Of a stretch of DNA of 64,000 nucleotides, positions 18,093 through 27,439 are shown piece after piece (within the stretch, counting starts at the first letter, position 1; every line of letters starts with the position of its first letter). This DNA comes from an uncultured Gammaproteobacteria bacterium (lineage in GTDB: Bacteria; Cyanobacteriota; Vampirovibrionia; Gastranaerophilales; CAJFVJ01), in contig CAYUHE010000002.1 of NCBI GenBank assembly GCA_964444415.1, positions 40,310 through 104,309 of the forward strand. The letters run 5' to 3'. Below the pieces are notes generated by a model. It was given only the letters and a program-made list of their open reading frames with translations. It was not told the origin of the DNA and searched no databases. Both the position numbers and the translations under genes were made by a program.

Positions 18093-18545
18093 TTATTGCG
18101 GTTTTTTAGGTTTTTGCTCCAAGTTTACAACTTCGTAAGCCTCTACCCAAGCATCTCCAAGGGCACTTGAAAACACCTTGCCTTTTATTTCAATCTTGTC
18201 GCCTGATTCTAAATCGACAAGTTTTTCCGCTTTAGTCCTCTTAATAAAAATCTTCAATTCACTCAAAGGAACTGTATGATCTATAACATTATCTCTTTTA
18301 ACTAAAAATGAAATATATTCCTTAGAGCTTTTCATCGCTGGTTTGTAATCAAGCCCTATGGTCGAAAACTTATTAAAAACAGCAAGTATTCTTACATTTT
18401 TATTAATGTAAGAATTTGGTTTTTCCACCAATTCTATTGCAGATACATTAGTATATTCAATAGAATTTTTTTGTTGACATGTGGCTGGCACATTTATGGT
18501 CAAAGTTAAAAATAAAAGTGCGCTTAAAAATAGTTTTCTTATCAT
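18093..18545 (-). CDS. hypothetical secreted/lipoprotein-like protein
   Basis: The ORF track gives 18093..18611. The signal-peptide-like MIRKLFLSALLFLTLTINVPATC begins at the internal ATG at 18545, which I consider the likelier start. Confidence 0.6.
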   Translation of the reverse strand: MIRKLFLSALLFLTLTINVPATCQQKNSIEYTNVSAIELVEKPNSYINKNVRILAVFNKFSTIGLDYKPAMKSSKEYISFLVKRDNVIDHTVPLSELKIFIKRTKAEKLVDLESGDKIEIKGKVFSSALGDAWVEAYEVVNLEQKPKKPQ

Positions 18546-18629
18546 ATCGAACTCCATCTGATTAAAAGTATACCACATTATACACAAGATATGGTTGTTT
18601 TTAATTGTCAATATGGAGTAGTCTCAGGC

Positions 18630-18660
18630 ATAAAAAAAGATGCTTTTCGCATCTTTTCTT
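18630..18660. terminator. rho-independent terminator downstream of the 50-codon sORF
   Basis: AAGATGC, 5-nt loop, GCATCTT, flanked by an A-run and a T-run. Confidence 0.7.
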
Positions 18661-18669
18661 CTTTTTCTT

Positions 18670-18822
18670 TTATAATAAGCCTAAAACTTTTTTGTACCAA
18701 GAGAATTTCTTTACTTCGCTTCCGTTGAATGTTGTTTCAGAATGAAGTTTTTTGATGTAATTGTAAAAAGTTTCGGATTTGTTTTCGTTTTGCTTTTTTG
18801 AATCTCTAATGATTAAGGCCAT
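18670..18822 (-). CDS. small hypothetical protein (50 aa)
   Basis: It is not in the ORF track, which lists no ORF shorter than 60 aa. ATG is preceded by a near-perfect SD AAGGAGGTG with a 5-nt spacer. A terminator follows and a TATAAT lies about 70 nt upstream on the same strand (18894-18899). Peptide: MALIIRDSKKQNENKSETFYNYIKKLHSETTFNGSEVKKFSWYKKVLGLL. Confidence 0.5.
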   Translation of the reverse strand: MALIIRDSKKQNENKSETFYNYIKKLHSETTFNGSEVKKFSWYKKVLGLL

Positions 18823-19230
18823 CTAGGCACCTCCTTGATTTTGAGAGATGTAAATATATATGAAATGTTCGATTATTTTTATTGACTGACTTAATTATAG
18901 TACCATTTTTTTGTCACATTGACTACCAGCAATATTTCTATATAGAATAATTTGTTACAATTTTAATATAGAAGAAGATAAATTTGAATTACCCTTAGTG
19001 CTGATTTTATGAAATAAATCACGTATTCTTTTGGGTATGCCTGGCTTTGAAAAACCTCTCCTTAGGTCTAGATATATAAAGTCTATCAATGTAATTTCGT
19101 GCTAGTTTATGAAAAATTTGTTACAATTCAATTTTTTTCTCTTGAATTAATTACGTTTTCATTACAATCTCGAAGCTGCCCCAAAAGCATCCGATTTGTA
19201 AATTTTGGATTTTTGAGATAACTTCTAATA

Positions 19231-20043
19231 ATGGCGAAAAAAAGACTCGATGATTTACTGCTAGAACAAGGCTTTTTTGAAACAAAAAGCAAAGCTCAAG
19301 GTGCCATTTTGGCAGGAAAAGTCAAAGTTAATAACGAAAAAATAACCAAAGCAGGCTTTCAAATCAAAGACGAAGTCAAAATTGAAGTTGAAAAAAATCC
19401 TTATGTAAGCCGCGGCGGATTCAAGCTTGAAAAAGCAATAAAAGATTTTGGAATTAACCTCAAAGACAAAATCTGTCTTGATGCAGGAGCTTCAACAGGC
19501 GGTTTCACAGATTGCATGCTTCAAAACGGAGCTGCAAAAGTATACGCCGTGGATGTCGGGCATGGGCAAATTGACTGGAAATTGCGAACCGACAAAAAAG
19601 TAGCGGTGATTGAAAAAACTAACATAAAAAACTGTTCCACTGAAGATATTTATGCCTCTAACCCTGTCGAGGCGGATTTTTTGAGCGCAGATTTGTCTTT
19701 TATTTCTCTCAATAAAGTTTTAGCAAACCTGAAAAATCTTACCAGAGAAAAACATTTGCTTCTTTTAATCAAACCGCAATTTGAAGCAGGCAGAGAAAAT
19801 GTTGAAAAAGGCGGAGTAGTAAAAGATAAAGGCATTCATTTTGAAGTTATCAAAAACGTCATAAATTATGCCCAAAACTTAGAACTTTATCCTCAAAATC
19901 TGACTTTTTCGCCTATAACAGGTCCGAGCGGAAATATAGAATATTTAATTTATTTAACAGATGAAAAAAATATGCTAGAAGATGATAGAATACAAGATAT
20001 CATCAATAGTGCATTTGAAAATTTAGGACAAAAAAATGTTTGA
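19231..20043 (+). CDS. tlyA: TlyA-family rRNA 2'-O-methyltransferase (S4 domain plus FtsJ fold)
   Basis: 270 aa. S4-like RLDDLLLEQGFFETKSKAQ and SAM motif LDAGASTGGFTD. Confidence 0.9.
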   Translation: MAKKRLDDLLLEQGFFETKSKAQGAILAGKVKVNNEKITKAGFQIKDEVKIEVEKNPYVSRGGFKLEKAIKDFGINLKDKICLDAGASTGGFTDCMLQNGAAKVYAVDVGHGQIDWKLRTDKKVAVIEKTNIKNCSTEDIYASNPVEADFLSADLSFISLNKVLANLKNLTREKHLLLLIKPQFEAGRENVEKGGVVKDKGIHFEVIKNVINYAQNLELYPQNLTFSPITGPSGNIEYLIYLTDEKNMLEDDRIQDIINSAFENLGQKNV

Positions 20044-20890
20044 AAAAATAGCTATAATTTACAACGCAGATATAGAAGCCTCAAAAGAAGTTGCCGAAAG
20101 AGTTGGAGCTATTTTGAAGTCGTATAACAAAAATTATATTATACAGACAATTTTTCCTGAAAAAACAAAAAAAACCACTGAATTTGATAAAGAAATCTCT
20201 TTTGCAATAGTGATTGGCGGCGATGGAACTTTGATTAGTGTAGCAAGATTTTATGCCCAATTTGATGTTCCTGCATTCGGTATAAATCTTGGTAGGCTTG
20301 GGTTTTTAGCACAGCTACAAGTGGATGAACTTGAAATTGGTATCAAAAAACTCATAAACGGCGAATACAAAATCGATGAAAGACTAATGCTTGAAAGTTT
20401 TGATGAAGGTCGAAATTTCAAATTCAATGCACTAAACGACATTGTTATAAAAGGCGGAAGTCTAGCACGTACAGAGCGTTTATACCTTTATATCAATGAT
20501 GAACTCGTAAGCGATTACTTGGCTGATGGTGTCATAATTGCCACTCCAACAGGTTCTACGGCATATACTTTGTCAGCAGGCGGTCCAATAGTCAAGCCTG
20601 GCATAGATGTTATGGTGATTGTGCCAATTTGTCCGCACTCTTTGGGAGCAAGACCTCTTGTTGTACCCGCAAGTGAAAAAATAGCCGTAAAAGCAGGCTC
20701 TGGTTGGAATAAAGTCTATGTAACAGCTGACGGGCAAAAGAATTTTAAACTGCAAAAAAACGCCACAGTAGAAATAGTACAAAATCCTAAAAAAGCAAAG
20801 CTTGTCTTTTTAAAAGACAATGCTGTGAGTTTTTATTCGGTATTAAAAGAAAAATTAAACTGGGGAGTATCACCAAAAGGCAATGCTTAA
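20036..20890 (+). CDS. nadK: NAD kinase
   Basis: 284 aa. GGDGT motif (VIGGDGTLI), NDIVI, and PTGSTAYTLSAGGP. It overlaps tlyA by 8 nt. Confidence 0.93.
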   Translation: MFEKIAIIYNADIEASKEVAERVGAILKSYNKNYIIQTIFPEKTKKTTEFDKEISFAIVIGGDGTLISVARFYAQFDVPAFGINLGRLGFLAQLQVDELEIGIKKLINGEYKIDERLMLESFDEGRNFKFNALNDIVIKGGSLARTERLYLYINDELVSDYLADGVIIATPTGSTAYTLSAGGPIVKPGIDVMVIVPICPHSLGARPLVVPASEKIAVKAGSGWNKVYVTADGQKNFKLQKNATVEIVQNPKKAKLVFLKDNAVSFYSVLKEKLNWGVSPKGNA

Positions 20891-22541
20891 GTCGATTTTT
20901 ATAAAAGATTTTACTTTAATTGATGAATTAAGTTTGGATTTTGATGCAAAACTGAACATTCTGACAGGCGAAACAGGGGCAGGCAAAAGTATCATTATCG
21001 ATGCAATTGATGCGGCACTAGGAGCAAGAGCCAATAAAGACCTTATCAAAGAAGGTAAGGAAAAAGCTTCGATTGAGCTTACTTTGCAATCCAAAAATAA
21101 TTCCGTAGCAGATTTTTTACAAGAAAACGGGATAGATTCTTCTGATGAATTAGTTTTGTATCGTGAAATCACCCCAAATGCGACTCGTTCAAGGGTAAAT
21201 GGTGTTATGGTGACCCAAAATATCCTTCAAGAACTCAAAAATCTGCTTATAGATATTCACTCTCAACACCAGACATACACTTATCTTCAGCCTAAAACTC
21301 ATATAAATCTTCTCGATGAATATGGCAACGATTTGCATAAAGAAACTTTGGAAGATTATCAAATTACTTACAGAGAACTTTTGGCGGCAAAAAGAGAATT
21401 TGCCGAGAAATCTCAGCAAAATACTGACATCGATAAACAAACAGATTTTTTGAAATTTCAAATTGATGAAATAAAACAAGCCGAAATAACCGATATAGAA
21501 GAATTTGAGACTCTTAAAGCTGAAAGAGAAAAAATTGTAAATGCCAATGAACTCAAAGAGCTCACATACTCAAGTTATTATACTCTATACGGTCAAGAAG
21601 CAAGCATATTAAGCACTTTGGGCAACCTTGAAAACAAACTCATTAAAGCCTCGAATTTTGATAAAGAACTTTCAAAAATAGCCGACAGCATAGCAGAAAG
21701 TGCAGAAATTCTCAAAGATGCCTCTGATGAGCTAAGAAATTATTCGCAAAACCTGTCTTGTGACCCTTACAGACTTGAGCAAATTGAAGAAAGGCTCAAT
21801 CTTCTCGATAAACTTCGCCGCAAATACGGCTCAACTCTTGAAGAAATATTAGAAAGTCTTGAAAATTTTGAAAAAGAACTCGAAAATATCGAAAATGCGG
21901 GCGAAAACTTAAAACTTCTGGAAGAAAAAATCGAAACTCTTGAAAAAAAATCAAACTTACTTGCGAATGAGCTTTCTGCCTCAAGGCAAAAACTTGCAAA
22001 AGAGCTTTCTGAAAAAATCGAAAATGAACTCAGACAGCTGGCAATGCCAAATGCAAAATTCAAGGTAAATGCTGAAATTATCGAAAAAAATTCTTTAGGC
22101 ATTGATAATGTCGAATTTTTGATTAGCGCAAACCCCGGTGAAAGCCTCAAACCACTTGCAAAAATTGCCTCAGGTGGCGAAATTTCAAGAATTATGCTTG
22201 CCATAAAAGCTATTTTTGCCAAATCAGACAGCATCAATACCGTAATTTTTGATGAAATCGACACAGGAATTTCAGGACCGACACTTCAGGCGGTGGCTGA
22301 TAAAATGAAACTATTATCGGCTTCACATCAAATAATTTGTATCACGCACCAGCCAATAATTGCCGCTACTGCGGATAAACACCTTCATGTTGAAAAATAT
22401 CAGGACTTAATTTCGACCAAGATTTCTGTCAAAGAACTTGATTGGCAAGGGCGAATCGAAATTCTTTCTCACATAGCAGGTGGGGAAATAAATGAAAGCA
22501 CCAAAACTTTTGCAAAAGAGTTATTAGGTAAGAACAGATAA
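20883..22541 (+). CDS. recN: DNA repair protein RecN
   Basis: 552 aa. Walker A LTGETGAGKSIIIDA, central coiled coil, C-terminal SGGEISR signature and FDEIDTGISG. It overlaps nadK by 8 nt. Confidence 0.95.
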   Translation: MLKSIFIKDFTLIDELSLDFDAKLNILTGETGAGKSIIIDAIDAALGARANKDLIKEGKEKASIELTLQSKNNSVADFLQENGIDSSDELVLYREITPNATRSRVNGVMVTQNILQELKNLLIDIHSQHQTYTYLQPKTHINLLDEYGNDLHKETLEDYQITYRELLAAKREFAEKSQQNTDIDKQTDFLKFQIDEIKQAEITDIEEFETLKAEREKIVNANELKELTYSSYYTLYGQEASILSTLGNLENKLIKASNFDKELSKIADSIAESAEILKDASDELRNYSQNLSCDPYRLEQIEERLNLLDKLRRKYGSTLEEILESLENFEKELENIENAGENLKLLEEKIETLEKKSNLLANELSASRQKLAKELSEKIENELRQLAMPNAKFKVNAEIIEKNSLGIDNVEFLISANPGESLKPLAKIASGGEISRIMLAIKAIFAKSDSINTVIFDEIDTGISGPTLQAVADKMKLLSASHQIICITHQPIIAATADKHLHVEKYQDLISTKISVKELDWQGRIEILSHIAGGEINESTKTFAKELLGKNR

Positions 22542-22572
22542 AAACTTTCACTATCCTACTATCAAGCTTGGA

Positions 22573-23193
22573 TTATTTAGGCTTTTTCAAAATAACAATA
22601 CTTGTTTTAACTTTCGCAGGTAAATCAGAATCTAAAAAGGCTTCTTCTGCCAAGTCAATAACTTTAGACAGCATTGGTTGAGCGTTAATCAAGTCTAAAA
22701 ACTTATTTTGGAATTCTAATACATAATTAGGCATTATTGCGACAAGAGTTCCCCCATTTTTTAGAAGTTTATGAAAGCAATGCAAGCCATGTTTAATAGG
22801 ATTTCCATTGTTAAACGGTGGATTCATTATTATTTTGTCATAAATATTTCCGGGGTTATATTCCAAAATATCTTGACCAATGGCATTTATGCCGCTCTTA
22901 TATTGAAGTTCATTAAACAATACTGGATGTTTTTCTACAGCATCAACAGACATATAGGGTTTTTTGGCATGAATCCTTTTAATAATATGCCCTTGCCCAG
23001 CCGAAGGTTCTAAAACCTTATCACAAGGTTGAATGTCTGCTTGATAAACCATTTCATCAGCAATGTTTTCCGGGGTAGGTACAAAATTACGACGATTTAT
23101 AACATTATTTTCTACTGCTTGACTTACAGAAGGATTTAATGCCCCAAAATTAAGATTAAATCTATTATAATTTTTATTTATATTAACCAACAT
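22573..23193 (-). CDS. small class I SAM-dependent methyltransferase with an N6-amino-type NPPF motif
   Basis: 206 aa. Motif I VLEPSAGQGHII and motif IV IIMNPPFNNG. There is no obvious target-recognition domain and no adjacent restriction or specificity gene. Confidence 0.65.
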   Translation of the reverse strand: MLVNINKNYNRFNLNFGALNPSVSQAVENNVINRRNFVPTPENIADEMVYQADIQPCDKVLEPSAGQGHIIKRIHAKKPYMSVDAVEKHPVLFNELQYKSGINAIGQDILEYNPGNIYDKIIMNPPFNNGNPIKHGLHCFHKLLKNGGTLVAIMPNYVLEFQNKFLDLINAQPMLSKVIDLAEEAFLDSDLPAKVKTSIVILKKPK

Positions 23194-23269
23194 AATCTCA
23201 AATAATCCTTTCGGATATTTAAAAACCGGTAAATATAAAAAAATGCTATTTTAAAAACTTAATCTTAAC

Positions 23270-23302
23270 AATAAAAAAGCCCCTTTTTAGGAGCTTTTTT
23301 AT
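23270..23302. terminator. rho-independent terminator after the coaD operon
   Basis: Minus-strand sense: AGCTCC-TAAAAA-GGGGCT followed by TTTTTTATT (one mismatch in the stem). Confidence 0.65.
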
Positions 23303-23315
23303 TGTTGGAATTTTA

Positions 23316-23885
23316 TTAATCTTGATGGCTTCCGACTTTTTGAATTCTGTTCATCGTCTCAACTTTGAGCTGTGAAAGGTAGCTTTGACCGTTTCTTACT
23401 ATACCGTGCAAGTCTTGAAGATTTCTATCAAGGTTACCCAAAACTTCTTCTGCGTATCTATCTGCACCTTCACGAATTCTTATAACTTCACTTGAAGTAT
23501 TCGCTTTAACCTGTTCAATTTCGGCCAAAGTCTGTTGTTTTAGGGCTTCACAGTTGTCCAAAGTTTCAATTTTGATACGCTCAGCTTCGGCTCTTACAGC
23601 TTTTAAGATTTCAGCATCATCAATAAGACTTCTTGCTTTGTCCTGAGCTTGAAGATAAAGATGATCAGCTTTATTTTGCGATTCCATCAAAATTTCGTCT
23701 TTGCGACGCAAAATTTCTCTTGCTTCTTGAATTTCGCCCGGGATAGAAACTCTAATTCTATCTAGGACATCCTCGATATTTTTAACATTTACAATTGCAT
23801 AAGGCAATGGCAACAAGCGAATACCTTTTGCAATGATGATATTCTCTAATTTGCCAAGTAAATTGTAAATCATATTAACTGTCAT
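23316..23885 (-). CDS. hypothetical coiled-coil protein, translationally coupled to coaD
   Basis: 189 aa, strongly helical/heptad-like (EILRRKDEILMESQNKADHLYLQAQDKARSLIDDAEILKAV…). Its start overlaps the coaD stop by 4 nt. Confidence 0.7.
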   Translation of the reverse strand: MTVNMIYNLLGKLENIIIAKGIRLLPLPYAIVNVKNIEDVLDRIRVSIPGEIQEAREILRRKDEILMESQNKADHLYLQAQDKARSLIDDAEILKAVRAEAERIKIETLDNCEALKQQTLAEIEQVKANTSSEVIRIREGADRYAEEVLGNLDRNLQDLHGIVRNGQSYLSQLKVETMNRIQKVGSHQD

Positions 23886-24367
23886 ACTCTACACCTCTTA
23901 TTAAAATAATCATTAACGTTCTTTGGGACTAATTTTGATATATCGCCGCCTAATTTTGCGGCTTCTTTGACAACTTGTGATGATATAAAGTTATAATTCG
24001 GTTTTGTTGTCAAAAATACTGTCTCTATTGTCGGGTCTAGGTTTTGGTTCATCTGTGCTAACTGCATTTCGTATTCGAAATCACTGACTGCCCTGAGTCC
24101 CCTTATTAATACTTTAGCATTTTTTTTCTTTGCGTATTCAACTGTTAAGCCATCGAAACAATCGACCTCAACATTTGTTAAACCTGCATCGATAATTGCA
24201 TCTTGTATCAATTTCAATTTGTCTTCCAAAGGAATGAAAGGTTCCTTTGCCTGGTTGTTCAAAACTGCTATTATGACTTTTTCAAAGATCTTGGATGCTC
24301 TTTTCAAAACATCTAAATGCCCTTTTGTTAGTGGGTCGAAGCTCCCTGGATATATCGCTAAAGTCAA
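23882..24367 (-). CDS. coaD: phosphopantetheine adenylyltransferase
   Basis: 161 aa. AIYPGSFDPLTKGHLD (the T/HxGH nucleotidyltransferase motif) and ISSQVVKE. Confidence 0.95.
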   Translation of the reverse strand: MTLAIYPGSFDPLTKGHLDVLKRASKIFEKVIIAVLNNQAKEPFIPLEDKLKLIQDAIIDAGLTNVEVDCFDGLTVEYAKKKNAKVLIRGLRAVSDFEYEMQLAQMNQNLDPTIETVFLTTKPNYNFISSQVVKEAAKLGGDISKLVPKNVNDYFNKRCRV

Positions 24368-24405
24368 TTTTAAACCTCCACTATAAAATTATAGTATCTA
24401 TAAAG

Positions 24406-25254
24406 TTAGTTTTCAAGGATTATGTTATCTATAAGCCTTACATTGTTAAGTTTTACTGCGACAGCAACGAGAATATCGGGTTTTAACTCCGATATTTCTT
24501 CTAAAGTATCTGTCGATACAAATTCAAAATATTCAATATTTACGCCATTTTCAAGGATTTTGAGTGCTTCATTTTTTGCATTTTCGACACTTTTTTCGCC
24601 ATTAACATAAAGCTCTTGGATTTTTTTCAGCATTTTATTCAAACAAAGCGCTTTTTTCCTGTCTTCTGACGACAAATAAATATTTCTCGAACTCATCGCA
24701 AGCCCGTCAAAATCTCTGATAATAGGACAGCCCACAATTTCAATCGGGATGTTCAAATCTTTAACTAATTTTTTGATAATAAAAAACTGCTGAGCATCTT
24801 TCAGTCCAAAAAACGCCACATCCGCCTGCGAAATATTAAACAACTTGGTAACAACAAGTGCAACACCATTAAAATGCCCCGGTCTTGATTTGCCGCAAAG
24901 CTTATTTTGAAAAGACTCCGGAGGAATAATATTTGTCAAAGCATCCCTACCTTCATACATTTCTTCGGCTGATGGAACAAAAATAATATCAACCTCATTA
25001 GCCTCGCAAAGCTCGGCATCTGCCCCGAGAGTCCTCGGATACTTATCAAAATCCTCATTAGGCCCGAATTGAGTCGGATTAACAAAAATAGTGACGATAA
25101 CTTTATCACAAGTCTGTCTGGCTTTTTTTATAAGACTTTCATGACCTACATGCAAAGCCCCCATAGTGGGAACCAAGCCGATTTTTAGCCCTTGTTTTTT
25201 CCATTTCGAAACTTCTGTTCGAATATCAGAAATATGCTTTATTATTAAGCTCAT
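24406..25254 (-). CDS. panC: pantoate--beta-alanine ligase
   Basis: 282 aa. VPTMGALHVGHESLI (HxGH) and the FGLKDAQQ motif. Confidence 0.95.
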   Translation of the reverse strand: MSLIIKHISDIRTEVSKWKKQGLKIGLVPTMGALHVGHESLIKKARQTCDKVIVTIFVNPTQFGPNEDFDKYPRTLGADAELCEANEVDIIFVPSAEEMYEGRDALTNIIPPESFQNKLCGKSRPGHFNGVALVVTKLFNISQADVAFFGLKDAQQFFIIKKLVKDLNIPIEIVGCPIIRDFDGLAMSSRNIYLSSEDRKKALCLNKMLKKIQELYVNGEKSVENAKNEALKILENGVNIEYFEFVSTDTLEEISELKPDILVAVAVKLNNVRLIDNIILEN

Positions 25255-26089
25255 TTTTTAATTTCTCTGCTTCTTCTCTTGGCAATTCAAAAGATTCATT
25301 GTCTGAAGGAAACTCTCCTGATAGCACATCTGTTTTGAAATTTTGTGCGGCATGGTTTACAAGATTTGCGACATCGGCATATTTTCTTGCGAATTTTGGT
25401 TTGAAATCGGCATATCTGCCAATAATGTCGTCAATTACAAGAATTTGCCCATCACAATAACGACCTGCACCAATCCCGATTGTAGGAATTGACAATTTTT
25501 CGGTAATCATTTGAGCTGTCTGATTTGGTACCATCTCAAGAACCACACCAAATGCCCCTGCATTCTCAAGATATAAAGCTTGATTCAAAAGTTGCTTGGT
25601 CTTCTCAAAAGATTTACCCTGAACATTGTAACCGCCTAAGCCATGAAGATATTGAGGAGTAAAACCTAAATGACCCAACACAGGAATTCCCATATCTGTA
25701 AGGTGTTTTACTATATCAATAATATAAGGCACTCCGCCTTCGAGTTTGACCGCTTTTGCTCCTGTTTCAGAAATCAAACGACAGGCATTTTCAACAGCAG
25801 TCTTTTTGTCTGTCTGATAACTTCCAAAAGGCATATCTACAACCACGAGAGACCTTTTAACGCCTCTTGTAACCGCTTTAGCAAATATAGTCATCTCATC
25901 CATGGTAATAGCGTGAGTGGTCTCATAGCCAAGCATAACCATTGCCGCAGAATCACCAACCAAAATCATATCAATGCCGGCTTCATCAATCTGTTTGGCT
26001 GTCGAATAATCATAAGCAGTCAAAGAAGTTATCTTGCGTCCATTTTTTTTGTAATCCATTAAATCTAAAACACTAAGAGCTTTCGCCAT
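25226..26089 (-). CDS. panB: 3-methyl-2-oxobutanoate hydroxymethyltransferase
   Basis: 287 aa. TAYDYSTA, LVGDSAAMVMLGY and KLEGG motifs. It overlaps panC by 29 nt. Confidence 0.95.
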   Translation of the reverse strand: MAKALSVLDLMDYKKNGRKITSLTAYDYSTAKQIDEAGIDMILVGDSAAMVMLGYETTHAITMDEMTIFAKAVTRGVKRSLVVVDMPFGSYQTDKKTAVENACRLISETGAKAVKLEGGVPYIIDIVKHLTDMGIPVLGHLGFTPQYLHGLGGYNVQGKSFEKTKQLLNQALYLENAGAFGVVLEMVPNQTAQMITEKLSIPTIGIGAGRYCDGQILVIDDIIGRYADFKPKFARKYADVANLVNHAAQNFKTDVLSGEFPSDNESFELPREEAEKLKNELNNKAYF

Positions 26090-26092
26090 TTT

Positions 26093-27412
26093 TTACACCT
26101 CTGTCTTTTGTTTTGCTTCAAGCGATTTATTGTGAATATTGAATATAACTTTTGCCAATTTTTTGTGACTGTGTCTGACAAATCCTTGCTCATTTTGATC
26201 TATTAAAGTAGCCTCAATGACTCTTATACCAAGCTCATTTACCTTATCTTCATCAAGAACAACAGGGAAAGAATTTGCTGTTTGATATTTTTTTGCAAGA
26301 TTTGCAGGCAATTTACGGTTAACAATTACAGCATCCATGATTTTTTTGTTGCCGGCATGCCTTATAACCGCCTCAACGTGAGAAGAAACGCTATAATCAT
26401 CAGTTTCGCCCGGCTGTGTCATGATATTGCAAATATAGACTCTACTTGCTTTTGAAGAAGCTATAGACTCTGAAATTTCTCTAATGAGCAAATTTGGAAT
26501 TACGCTGGTATAAAGACTTCCGGGACCCAAAATTATCAAATCAGCTTGTTTAATTGCTTTTATAGCATCTTCTAATGCTCTTGGATTTTCAGGATTTGAA
26601 TAAAGTCTTTTGATTTTGCCGTTTGCCTTTGGAATATTTGATTCACCCTCAATAATGCGCCCATCTTCCATCTCAGCAATCAAAGTCATATCATCCAAAG
26701 TAGATGGAAGAACTTTTCCTCTGATAGCCAAAACTTTTGAAGATTCTTTGATAGCACGAAACATATCGCCCGTGATAGAGCAAAGTGCTGTCAAAAACAA
26801 ATTTCCAAAACTGTGTCCGTCAAGTCCGCCTTCACCGAAACGATACTGAAAAAGCTGTGTGACCAAATCTTCTTCATCGGCAAGTGCAGCGATGCAATTG
26901 CGGATATCGCCGGGGGGCAAAACGCCCATCTCTTTGCGAAGTTTACCCGAGCTTCCGCCGTCATCACCCACTGTTACAATCGCTGTAAGATTATTTGTAA
27001 TAGTTTTTAGACCTCTAAGGATAGTCGACAAACCTGTACCGCCTCCGACTACAACGATTTTTGGTCCTTTATCAAGCATTCTTTTGCGATAAAGTGTCTC
27101 CAAAACCTGACCTTTTTCTCTAGGCAAAAAAGCATCAAGAATAGTACTGTTAGTCTTTCTCCACCCAAAGTAGAAAAACACCATGCCGAAAAATAAAAAC
27201 GCCAATCCCGTTACATGAGAAGGTGTATGCTCGGCAAGTTTTTGTATAGCTTCCATAACAAAATGAATTGGGGTTAATTGCAAGAATATAGCCGCGCCTG
27301 TCGCTAAAAAAGCTGCACCTATAAATATCATCAAAAACCATCTTTTAAGCCTGATTCCAGGCAAAAGAAACGTCGCTGTTTTAGGAAATTTTGTGTACGC
27401 AAAAAATTTCAA
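26093..27412 (-). CDS. YvcK/CofD-family (UPF0052) protein with an N-terminal membrane segment
   Basis: 439 aa. Two N-terminal TM helices followed by VVVGGGTGLSTILRGLK and the PGSLYTS motif of the YvcK gluconeogenesis-factor family. Confidence 0.85.
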   Translation of the reverse strand: MKFFAYTKFPKTATFLLPGIRLKRWFLMIFIGAAFLATGAAIFLQLTPIHFVMEAIQKLAEHTPSHVTGLAFLFFGMVFFYFGWRKTNSTILDAFLPREKGQVLETLYRKRMLDKGPKIVVVGGGTGLSTILRGLKTITNNLTAIVTVGDDGGSSGKLRKEMGVLPPGDIRNCIAALADEEDLVTQLFQYRFGEGGLDGHSFGNLFLTALCSITGDMFRAIKESSKVLAIRGKVLPSTLDDMTLIAEMEDGRIIEGESNIPKANGKIKRLYSNPENPRALEDAIKAIKQADLIILGPGSLYTSVIPNLLIREISESIASSKASRVYICNIMTQPGETDDYSVSSHVEAVIRHAGNKKIMDAVIVNRKLPANLAKKYQTANSFPVVLDEDKVNELGIRVIEATLIDQNEQGFVRHSHKKLAKVIFNIHNKSLEAKQKTEV

Positions 27413-27439
27413 TTTTTATGCCCCCTTAAAAAGTATAAT

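Noticed and set aside
18949-18962. A repeated 14-mer AATTTGTTACAATT (also at 19115..19128) in the long intergenic region, plus similar TTACAA/TTAACA strings in other intergenic regions.
   Set aside because: It is a purely AT-rich short repeat in AT-rich spacer DNA. It cannot be distinguished from chance or from generic promoter-like composition.
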